A stretch of 64,000 nucleotides of DNA from contig DASRCZ010000008.1 in assembly GCA_035652855.1 (NCBI GenBank), forward strand, positions 14,911-78,910, in the 5' to 3' direction. The notes under the pieces were generated by a model. The model was given only the letters and a program-made list of their open reading frames with translations. It was not told the origin of the DNA and ran no database searches. Position 1 is the first letter of the stretch, and each line of letters begins with the position of its first letter. A program made the position numbers and the translations under genes. Below, in pieces: positions 35,394 to 43,588 of the stretch. Source of the stretch: Candidatus Acidiferrum sp. (lineage in GTDB: Bacteria; Acidobacteriota; Terriglobia; Acidiferrales; UBA7541).

Positions 35394-37304
35394 ATGGTCC
35401 TTGCTTACCACGAAATCGTCCCCTCGTCCGCGCCGTACTTGTACGCGATAACCCGCCAGCAGCTGAAAGAGCATTTGCACGTCCTGGCTACAGCCACGGC
35501 TGCCGCTCCACCGCCACAACCTCTGCCTCTGACTTTCGATGACGGCCACCTCTCGCAATATGCTGAAGCGGCGCCTCTTCTCGAACAATTCTCGATGACA
35601 GGCGCCTTTTTCATCACGGCGGGATGGGTCGGTAAAAGCCAGCATCATATGACCGTGGCGCACCTCCGGGATTTGTCCTCCCGCGGGCATCAAATTCAAG
35701 CGCATGGCTGGTCGCACCGGGTGCTGACGCTTTGTTCGCCGGCAATTCTCTTTGAGGAGCTCGCCCGGTGCAAGTCCGCCCTCGAGGATTGGCTCGGTTT
35801 GCCGGTTACCGCAATATCCATGCCGCATGGCAGATGGAACGATCGGGTGCTGAGCGTCTGCGCCGCGGTGGGGTTCAAAACCGTGTTTGTGTCGGACCCG
35901 CGTATGGCGGGTTCGATGAGAAACGGCGTGCGCGTAATTGGACGCACAATGGTCACGCGAAACATGTCGGGCCAGGATCTCCGCGCTATGCTCAGCGGCG
36001 CGTATCACACTGCGTTTGCCGCCGCTATCAAAGCCAACGCGAAAGCATTGTTAAAGCGGGCTATCGGCGACAGGCGCTATCACGCTTTGTGGAATGCCGT
36101 TTTCAATCGGGGCCAAATCGCTACGCTGGACGGGTTTTCTGCGCCGTCCCCAGCCGAATGCGAGGACCAATTGCCTAATCGGCCCGCAGTTCTTCAATTG
36201 ATCAGCAGCGGAGGCTATTACGGCGCAGAAAACGTCGTGGTCACGCTTGCTAAGGCGCTACACAATGCCAACCTCAAAAGCGTAATCGGCGTTTTCGAAA
36301 ATTCGCAAAACCCGCATCTCGAAATCGCGGACCACGCCCGCGCGCTGGGACTCACGGTTGAAATCATACCCTGCGACGGACGCGTTCACTGGAACGCGGT
36401 TCGGACCGTTCGCGACCTCATCTATAAACACGGCATTAGCGTTGTTCATGCCCATGGATCGAAAGCCAACGTGTACGCAGCGGCGGCAGCGCGAGGGCTG
36501 AAGGTCTCGCTTGTTGCGACCTACCATCTGGACTGGCCTGATCGCGGTTTTCTGCTGTTTTGTTACCACGCTCTCGACCGTGTGGTCCTGCGCCGCTACG
36601 ACAGAGTCGTCGCAGTCTCACAGGCCATCGCGCGCTCGTTGCGCCGATCCGGTTTGACGCCGGTTATCGTTCCCAACGGCATTGATCTGAGCCCGTTCGT
36701 TAACGCGTCTGAGCGCGGCGCAGCGCCGCGTCAGTTTCCGGGAGTTCTGAACATCGGCGTGGTCGCGCGACTCACGCCCCAGAAGGGTCACACATTCTTG
36801 CTGGACGCTGCGCCGGAGATTCTGGCGGCATACCCCCAGGCGCGGTTCGTCTTTGTTGGCGACGGGCCGACGAAGGACACGCTCCAGAGTAGAGCGGCCG
36901 CCCTGGGCTTGAGCGAATCTGTAATCTTTGCCGGAGTCCGGCGCGACATGCCGGCGGTATACGCCGGGTTGGACATTGTGGTCCTGCCGTCCGTCAATGA
37001 AGGCATGCCGATGACTCTGATCGAAGCGCTTGCGGCGGGGAAACCCGTCGTAGCGACGAGCGTCGGAGAGGTTCCGGCGCTGATCCGGAGCGGGGAAACC
37101 GGCATCCTCGTAAAACCGCGCAGCCCGGAAGCGCTTAGGGACGCGATTATACAGCTCATTAGCGATCCCGATAAACGTCTCGCGCTCGGTATGCAGGGGC
37201 GCGCATGGGTGTCGGACAGGTTTACATCCGAGGCGATGGCCGGCGCATACCGGAGTATTTACGAAGAAGCATTGACGACGTCCAGCCGCGCCGCCGGGCT
37301 ATAG
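35394..37304 (+). CDS. CE4 polysaccharide deacetylase fused to GT4 glycosyltransferase
   Basis: LAYH, LTFDDG, HGWSH, SMPHG; then GGYYGAE, RLTPQKGH, EGMPMTLIEA. Confidence 0.88.
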   Translation: MVLAYHEIVPSSAPYLYAITRQQLKEHLHVLATATAAAPPPQPLPLTFDDGHLSQYAEAAPLLEQFSMTGAFFITAGWVGKSQHHMTVAHLRDLSSRGHQIQAHGWSHRVLTLCSPAILFEELARCKSALEDWLGLPVTAISMPHGRWNDRVLSVCAAVGFKTVFVSDPRMAGSMRNGVRVIGRTMVTRNMSGQDLRAMLSGAYHTAFAAAIKANAKALLKRAIGDRRYHALWNAVFNRGQIATLDGFSAPSPAECEDQLPNRPAVLQLISSGGYYGAENVVVTLAKALHNANLKSVIGVFENSQNPHLEIADHARALGLTVEIIPCDGRVHWNAVRTVRDLIYKHGISVVHAHGSKANVYAAAAARGLKVSLVATYHLDWPDRGFLLFCYHALDRVVLRRYDRVVAVSQAIARSLRRSGLTPVIVPNGIDLSPFVNASERGAAPRQFPGVLNIGVVARLTPQKGHTFLLDAAPEILAAYPQARFVFVGDGPTKDTLQSRAAALGLSESVIFAGVRRDMPAVYAGLDIVVLPSVNEGMPMTLIEALAAGKPVVATSVGEVPALIRSGETGILVKPRSPEALRDAIIQLISDPDKRLALGMQGRAWVSDRFTSEAMAGAYRSIYEEALTTSSRAAGL

Positions 37305-37312
37305 GACTTCGC

Positions 37313-38449
37313 GTGACAAGGATTTTGTTCGTCGTCGACCAATTGTGCGCTGCGGGCGGCGCTGAGCGAGTTTTGCTGCGCACGATCGACCGCCTTCCGC
37401 GCGATCGGTTTTATCCGCAGGTGGTCACCTTCGCCATGGAACCTGCGTTTGCCATAGAGAATTCGATTTCCTGCCCGGTTCATGTGTGGCGGCTGCGCCG
37501 GACCTATGATTGGTCGGGGCTTTCGGTTGCGCGGCGCATCCGGAACTTTGTTCGTTTGCACAACATCGATATCACCCACACTTTCCACGAAACCTCTGAC
37601 ACATGGGCCGGCCCCATTGCGAAGTTGAGCGGCTGCCCGATCCTGATTTCCAGCCGCCGCGACATGGGCTTTCAGCGCACGGCCAAGCACCGCATCGCAT
37701 ACCGGTTCTTAAACCGGTATTTCGATCAGGTCCACGCTGTATCGGAGGAGGTCCGTCGCTTCGCCATCGAATACGACCGCCTGGATCCTTCGCGCGTCAT
37801 TACGTTGTACAACGGCATCGATTTTCCGCCGCCGCCCGCCCCGCCAGACAAGCCGCTGCTGCGGCGTCGCTTCGGCCTGCCCGAATCGGGACCGCTCATT
37901 ATCTCGGTCGGCCACATCCGAAAAATCAAGGGCTTCGACGTGTTCTTGCGCGCCGCGGCCGTCGTGGCCCGGCACGCGCCCGACGCCATCTTCGCCATTG
38001 CCGGCGCCGCGCACGAATCATCATACGCCCGCGAGCTCGAAGCTGCGGCCGCTGACCTCGGACTGAACGGCAGGTTCTTCTTTCTCGGCCCGGTCCAGCA
38101 GGTCATCCTGCTTCTCCACTGCTCTGACGTCTTCTGCCTGCTTTCGCGCAGCGAAGGCATGTCCAATGCGCTGCTCGAGGCCATGGGCGCCGGATTACCG
38201 TCTGTGGCGACACGCGTCGGCGGCAACCCGGAGGTGATTGCCCACGAACAGACGGGCTACATCGTCGGGAGTGAGGACCACCAGGCCGCCGCCGACGCCA
38301 TTTTGAACCTCCTCCGCAATCCGCCGCTCGCCCGCACGATGGGCGCCGCCGCGCGCAATCTCATTGCGGAGAAATTTACAACCGAAGTCATGATGCGAAA
38401 CCTGATCGAGTGCTATGACCGACTTCTTGCCAAACGCCGGAATCTCTAA
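37313..38449 (+). CDS. GT4 glycosyltransferase (start re-called to GTG 37313)
   Basis: GGAER, SSRRDMG, IKG, SEGMSNALLEAM. Confidence 0.9.
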   Translation: MTRILFVVDQLCAAGGAERVLLRTIDRLPRDRFYPQVVTFAMEPAFAIENSISCPVHVWRLRRTYDWSGLSVARRIRNFVRLHNIDITHTFHETSDTWAGPIAKLSGCPILISSRRDMGFQRTAKHRIAYRFLNRYFDQVHAVSEEVRRFAIEYDRLDPSRVITLYNGIDFPPPPAPPDKPLLRRRFGLPESGPLIISVGHIRKIKGFDVFLRAAAVVARHAPDAIFAIAGAAHESSYARELEAAAADLGLNGRFFFLGPVQQVILLLHCSDVFCLLSRSEGMSNALLEAMGAGLPSVATRVGGNPEVIAHEQTGYIVGSEDHQAAADAILNLLRNPPLARTMGAAARNLIAEKFTTEVMMRNLIECYDRLLAKRRNL

Positions 38450-39587
38450 ATTGCTGGGCGTGGCGGGCGTCATCGCCGCTGCGCTCCTCGTGTACGCATA
38501 CGCCGGCTACCCCCTGCTGCTTTCGATTCTGTCGCTGTTCTCGCGCCGCCGCAGGCCCGAGATCGGATATACGCCATCGATTTCCGTGTTGATCTCCGCA
38601 TATAACGAGGAGGCCGTCATCGGCCGGAAGATCGAGCAGACGCTCGCCCTCGAATACCCTGCCGACAAGCTCGAAGTGCTGGTCGTTTCCGATGGCTCCA
38701 CGGACCGTACTGACGAAATTGTCCGAACATTTTCCGATCCCAGGGTCCGACTTCTCCGCGTTGAAGGGCGCGCCGGCAAGACCGTCGCCCAAAACGAAGG
38801 CGTGAAGCGCTGCCGCGGAGAAATTATCGTCTTCTCCGACGCCACCGCGATCTACCACCCGAAAGCGCTTCTGTACCTAGCCGCCAATTACGCTGATCCG
38901 CGCGTGGGCGCCGTCAGCGGCAGATACAAATATTTCGACCCCGAAGACGAGTCGCCTACCGGCTCGGGGTCGGTTGCGTTCTGGAATTACGAAAACATCA
39001 TCAAGTTCTTCCAGTCGCGCATCTCCACTCTAACCGGCTGCTCCGGCTGTATCTATTCGGTCCGCCGCAGCGCTTACATCCCGCTGCCGCGCGAGGCCTG
39101 CAGCGATCTCGTCGAGCCATTATGGATTGTGCGCGCTGGCCGGCGGGTGGCCTTTGAAGACCGCGCGCTCGCCTACGAGGAAACCACCAAGACCTCGAGC
39201 CAGGAGTTCAAAATGCGCGTTCGCGTTGCCACGCGAGGCATGCGGGGTCTGCTCAGCGCCCCCGAATTGCTCGCCCCCTGGCGTCACCCCTGGATTGCCT
39301 TTCAGCTGTTCTCGCACAAAATTGTGCGCTGGCTGGTTCCGGTGTTTCTGATCATCATTCTGGCCGCTACGATCGCGAACCTGAACTCCGTGGTTTTTCA
39401 GGCCGCCTTCGCGCTGCAGGCCCTTTTCTACTGCGCGGCCGTGACATCGTTGTATGTGCCGTTGCACCGGCGCTGGAAACTGCTCGGAATTCCCTTGTTT
39501 TTTTGCACGCTAAACGCTGCGGCGCTGATTGGAATGTTTGCAGTGTTTCGCGGACATAAATTCACGACCTGGGAAACCGTCCGCTGA
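38415..39587 (+). CDS. Membrane GT2 glycosyltransferase
   Basis: YAGYP, AYNEE, SDGSTD, FSDA, SDL, RVRVATR, SHKIVRW; TM helices at both ends. Confidence 0.9.
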   Translation: MTDFLPNAGISKLLGVAGVIAAALLVYAYAGYPLLLSILSLFSRRRRPEIGYTPSISVLISAYNEEAVIGRKIEQTLALEYPADKLEVLVVSDGSTDRTDEIVRTFSDPRVRLLRVEGRAGKTVAQNEGVKRCRGEIIVFSDATAIYHPKALLYLAANYADPRVGAVSGRYKYFDPEDESPTGSGSVAFWNYENIIKFFQSRISTLTGCSGCIYSVRRSAYIPLPREACSDLVEPLWIVRAGRRVAFEDRALAYEETTKTSSQEFKMRVRVATRGMRGLLSAPELLAPWRHPWIAFQLFSHKIVRWLVPVFLIIILAATIANLNSVVFQAAFALQALFYCAAVTSLYVPLHRRWKLLGIPLFFCTLNAAALIGMFAVFRGHKFTTWETVR

Positions 39588-39595
39588 GGAAATCC

Positions 39596-40381
39596 ATGCG
39601 AATCGAATTTTTGACTGTGGCAGATCCCATTTATATCCTGCCGTTGTTTGATGAGTTCTTCAGACATTATGGCGACCAATGGGATGTCGTCCGGATCTCC
39701 TGCTGCCGCACAATGGGCAGCCGCCCGAGGCTGAAGCTGGCCCGTGAGTTGATCGAGTTATACGGCCCCGTCGGATTTGCTCGGCTTTCGGCGCGGCTCG
39801 CGTCCGCACGCGCCTTGGGATTGATCCCGCTGGGACGAGGCGCGCGCCGGTACCACTCGCTTTCGCAGCTTGCCAAAGCATACGGAATCGAGTGCCAAGC
39901 GATCGGCAATCCGAACGCTCCCGAATTCATCGCTGAAGTCGAGGGCCGCCGCTGCGATCTCATCGTGTCAGTCGCATGCCCGTATATCCTGAAGCCGCGG
40001 CTGCTAAATTTGCCGCGTCTCGGCTGCATCAACATCCACCATGCGCCGCTGCCGCGATACAAGGGCATGATGCCAACGTTTTGGCAGATGTATCACGGTG
40101 AAACCACGGTCGGCCTAACCATCCATACGATGTCGGAAAAGATTGACGAAGGCGCAGCATTGCTTCAGGATGAACTGCCGATTCAGCCCGGCGAGACCCT
40201 CGACCATCTGATCCGCCGTTCTAAGCGCCACGCCGCGCACTGCCTGGCCAAGGTTCTGCGAGATATCTCTGGAAATTCCGTCCGTAAGAAGCCGCTCGAC
40301 CGCGAAGCCGGCAGCTACTTCACCTTCCCGACCTTCGCCCAAATCCGCGAGTTCCAGCGCCGTGGTCTTCGAGCCATCTGA
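39596..40381 (+). CDS. Sugar N-formyltransferase-like protein
   Basis: CINIHHAPLPRYKG, GLTIH, IDEG (Asn/His/Asp catalytic pattern). Confidence 0.85.
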   Translation: MRIEFLTVADPIYILPLFDEFFRHYGDQWDVVRISCCRTMGSRPRLKLARELIELYGPVGFARLSARLASARALGLIPLGRGARRYHSLSQLAKAYGIECQAIGNPNAPEFIAEVEGRRCDLIVSVACPYILKPRLLNLPRLGCINIHHAPLPRYKGMMPTFWQMYHGETTVGLTIHTMSEKIDEGAALLQDELPIQPGETLDHLIRRSKRHAAHCLAKVLRDISGNSVRKKPLDREAGSYFTFPTFAQIREFQRRGLRAI

Positions 40382-40467
40382 CGTCGGAACGCGCCCAAGT
40401 CACGCATGGCGACCCATGTGTCGCAGACAAATGACGGATGGAGTGGATGAACAGATGAACATCGGAA

Positions 40468-40499
40468 GCGGCGACAGGCGCGCTCCGGCCTGTCGCCGC
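40468..40499. terminator. 12-bp stem hairpin between convergent genes
   Basis: GCGGCGACAGGC-N8-GCCTGTCGCCGC. Confidence 0.6.
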
Positions 40500-40509
40500 A
40501 CGGCCGGCA

Positions 40510-42033
40510 TTACTGTCCTGGCGCGAAGACGACATCAACCCAATAGTTGCTGTTGTTCCATGTATTCCTCGGGAACACCGAAGATCCGTAGGCATATACT
40601 CCCGGAGAACTTCCGGAGACCGAAAGCGGGCTTGCATTCAAACTGCTCCACGCATAATTCTGGTCGTCCGAATAGTGACCGTTGGGCGCGGTGTACGAGA
40701 TGACATAGACTGTGTTGGCCGCGATCTTGACCGGTTTTGAGAAGTTCGCCTGCTGCCAGCCCGTGGCGGTTTCATTCTTGAACGTGACGGTGGCCAGAAG
40801 CGTGCCGCTGCTCGTCCAGAGATGTCCCACGTGCGTTCCCGTGTTGCTCGATCCTTTATAGAACCGGACGCCCGTAACCGAGCCGGCAACCGTAGACGAG
40901 AATTTCAACCCGAGCTCGACGGAACTCGCGTCCGGATCGGTTATTGTTCCCGGCGTGGCCGTCGCCGGCCAGAACGATACCGGAGAAGACGACGATCCGG
41001 CTGGATTGAGCGTCACGACAGCGGTCGCGTATTTGGTCGTATCCGCGACACTGGTCGCACGGACCGTGACCGTTTGCTGTTGAGATATAGAAGATGGGGC
41101 AGTGTACAGGCCTGTCGACGAGATCTTACCCGTAGAGGAGGATAGCGACCAGGTCACGGCAGTGTTGGAGGTCCCGCTGACGCTGGCCGTGAATTGCTGG
41201 GATCCGCCGGGCCCGAGCGTCACGCTCGAAGGCGATACCGAAACAGCAATGGATGCTCCGGGACTCACGTTGATCGTGGCGACCTTTGTTGTCGAATTCA
41301 ACGACGCCGAAACTTGAACTGATGTCGAGGCCGTAGCGGCGCTGATCTGCACAGTAAATTGAGCCGTAGTCGCCCCGCTCGCAACGGTAACAGATGTCGG
41401 CGCCGACACGGTCGCGGCGGATGAGCTCCATCCGACCGACACGGCAACGCCGCCGGACGGCGCAGGTCCGGAAAGCGACACCGTACATTGAGAGGAAGCG
41501 GGCGCTGTGACGGAAGCGGGACTGCACGCCAGGCTGTTCAGTGTAACCGTCGGCGCGTTGATCGTCACCGTTGCGGTAGACCCAGCAGCCGCCAGCGGGT
41601 CGCCGGCCGCCGAACTCGCGCTCGCGCTGGCCACTTGGACAGCGCTCGAGCTCGCCCCCGTGCTGCTCGACAAGGTCAGATTGGCGGTCGCAATCGTTCC
41701 GTCAGCAATCACGTTCGAGTTCATTCCAGTTACAAGGCAAACATATTGCCCTGATGCCGGCGAATTGCAAGAAATTGTTTTCCCCGCATTGGAAGTGGAT
41801 GGGCCAGGGATCACAGAAACATTACTGAAATCCGCCGGCGAAAACAAAAATGCCCACTGCACCCCAGCGGCCTGCGCCCCGTTGGAAACATACGCAACTG
41901 GCAAGCTCACAGTTGTGCCCTTAAGGCCTGAGCCAGACGAGAGCCTGAGAGTGGCCGTCTGCCCAAATGCGACGAACGTCCAAGCGAAAAGAGATATCGC
42001 GCATACAGCGCTCCGTAATACACTGATTTCCAC
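40510..42033 (-). CDS. Secreted cohesin-like + Ig-like + DUF4082 protein
   Basis: Signal peptide; GTTVSLPV..AGVQW..KTISC..CLVTGMNSNVIADG; VSVSPSSVTL..QQFTASVSGTSNTAVTWS; VELGLKF..GVRFYK..GWQQANF..NYWVDVVF. Confidence 0.85.
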   Translation of the reverse strand: MEISVLRSAVCAISLFAWTFVAFGQTATLRLSSGSGLKGTTVSLPVAYVSNGAQAAGVQWAFLFSPADFSNVSVIPGPSTSNAGKTISCNSPASGQYVCLVTGMNSNVIADGTIATANLTLSSSTGASSSAVQVASASASSAAGDPLAAAGSTATVTINAPTVTLNSLACSPASVTAPASSQCTVSLSGPAPSGGVAVSVGWSSSAATVSAPTSVTVASGATTAQFTVQISAATASTSVQVSASLNSTTKVATINVSPGASIAVSVSPSSVTLGPGGSQQFTASVSGTSNTAVTWSLSSSTGKISSTGLYTAPSSISQQQTVTVRATSVADTTKYATAVVTLNPAGSSSSPVSFWPATATPGTITDPDASSVELGLKFSSTVAGSVTGVRFYKGSSNTGTHVGHLWTSSGTLLATVTFKNETATGWQQANFSKPVKIAANTVYVISYTAPNGHYSDDQNYAWSSLNASPLSVSGSSPGVYAYGSSVFPRNTWNNSNYWVDVVFAPGQ

Positions 42034-42256
42034 TTTTAGTAAGCTTCCTTACTTAATTGGTACTACTATAGGAACTAGTTTATCAGAACTACTAGTACTA
42101 TAATCGCTGCGGTACTCTCAGCTCCACATGCAGCGAAATGCTGAAATTTTTAAGAAGTTTGCCTGTCCCGTCCAGACTCAATGTCGCCTCAGGCGAGGCG
42201 ACGCGTGGAAAATCAATGGCTTGGACGCTGGAGTGGCAGTTCGTTTCGCGTGCTCG

Positions 42257-43465
42257 TCATTCCGCAACTGCAGCGCTGTCCTCGCCCTGCCGCCCGGAGG
42301 ATCGCCGCATGCCGCGCGGCGGCGCGCTTGCATTCTCAACCACTCTGAACACGCCCGCGAGAATCAAGACCATCAATGTATCCGTGATCTCGCATGACCG
42401 GCCAGGCATATAGCGGTGCGCCAGCGAAATGCCGAAAACAACCCCGGCCGCCAGCCCCGCCGCCGCGTGAAATTTTAGTCCCGCGCGAACTATCGCCCAA
42501 ACCAGTGCGCCGTACAGAAATGTCTTCTGGAAAAACGATGGCGCGCTGAGATCGGGCGCACCATAGATGAAGGCCTGGAACGGAATCCACCCGAAGTCCT
42601 GGGGTGGAGCCTGGAACGTGAATGGCGCCAGACCGCGGAGAATCGCCGCGACCGTTATTGCGATGGCTACAATGACGGCGCGATGGCGGACTCGTGAGAC
42701 CATAATGATCCACGCGGCAACCGCCGCCCCCGCGCCAATCACTTCGTCCGGCGACAGGGCAATGCCGCTGATCAGCATGCGCCCGCCAAGCACGACGCCG
42801 CTCATGAGCACAGTCAGCCCGCGGCTCGCCTGCACGCCGGCAATTTCTTCGATCATCGCCGCCACCGCCAGCCAGCATGCGGCCAGGTAGCAGGCGTGAA
42901 CAGCGGAGACCTGCGGCGAGAAGATCAGCGGCTTTACCGCGCTCCAGTACTTGTGCAGATCGATGACCGGAACATAGGGGAATAGCTCGAACGCCAGCCA
43001 GAACGCCATCAACATGAACGCGAACGGATGCCGTTTGACCTTGACGCCGGACGCCGCGCCGCGCCGACGCACGATGAGAGCGGCTGCAAGAACGCCCAGC
43101 GCCGTCCCTGCGGTATTCGCGTAGACGTCAGAAATTGCGGGATCGCGTCCGGCGTCATAGACCTGAATGAATTCCATACACAGCGACAGCGCCGCGCCTG
43201 CCGCCGTAACCAGTCCTGCGCGGATCGCTGCTGCTCTGCGGGACAACGCCAGGCTGGCGAACAACCCGAACGGCATATAGAACAGGACGTTTGCCGCCAG
43301 ATCGCCGCGCCCGGGCGGCAAATTCCAGGTGGAGAGCAGCGTCTCTACGGGACTGCGAATTCCGGCAGGACGGTGGAACTGAAACGGAAACAGGGAAGCG
43401 TAGATGATGCCCGCAACGATAACCACAGTCGCCCAGGCGCACCGGGCATTGTATGTCTGCTTCAC
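42257..43465 (-). CDS. VanZ-family multi-pass membrane protein (start uncertain, 43465 or 43513)
   Basis: YASLFPF, DLAANVLFYMPFG, SLCMEFIQ..GR..ISDVYANTAG; internally repeated module. Confidence 0.8.
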   Translation of the reverse strand: MKQTYNARCAWATVVIVAGIIYASLFPFQFHRPAGIRSPVETLLSTWNLPPGRGDLAANVLFYMPFGLFASLALSRRAAAIRAGLVTAAGAALSLCMEFIQVYDAGRDPAISDVYANTAGTALGVLAAALIVRRRGAASGVKVKRHPFAFMLMAFWLAFELFPYVPVIDLHKYWSAVKPLIFSPQVSAVHACYLAACWLAVAAMIEEIAGVQASRGLTVLMSGVVLGGRMLISGIALSPDEVIGAGAAVAAWIIMVSRVRHRAVIVAIAITVAAILRGLAPFTFQAPPQDFGWIPFQAFIYGAPDLSAPSFFQKTFLYGALVWAIVRAGLKFHAAAGLAAGVVFGISLAHRYMPGRSCEITDTLMVLILAGVFRVVENASAPPRGMRRSSGRQGEDSAAVAE

Positions 43466-43588
43466 AAGGCCAGTTGCCTCATCGCCGTATGGGTGCGCTC
43501 GACGCCCCCACATTCGCTGCCAGCCGTTTACGACGCCCTGTTATACTAAAGGCGATTTCCCGCGCCCCGGTCGCGTCCTTCATTTTGC

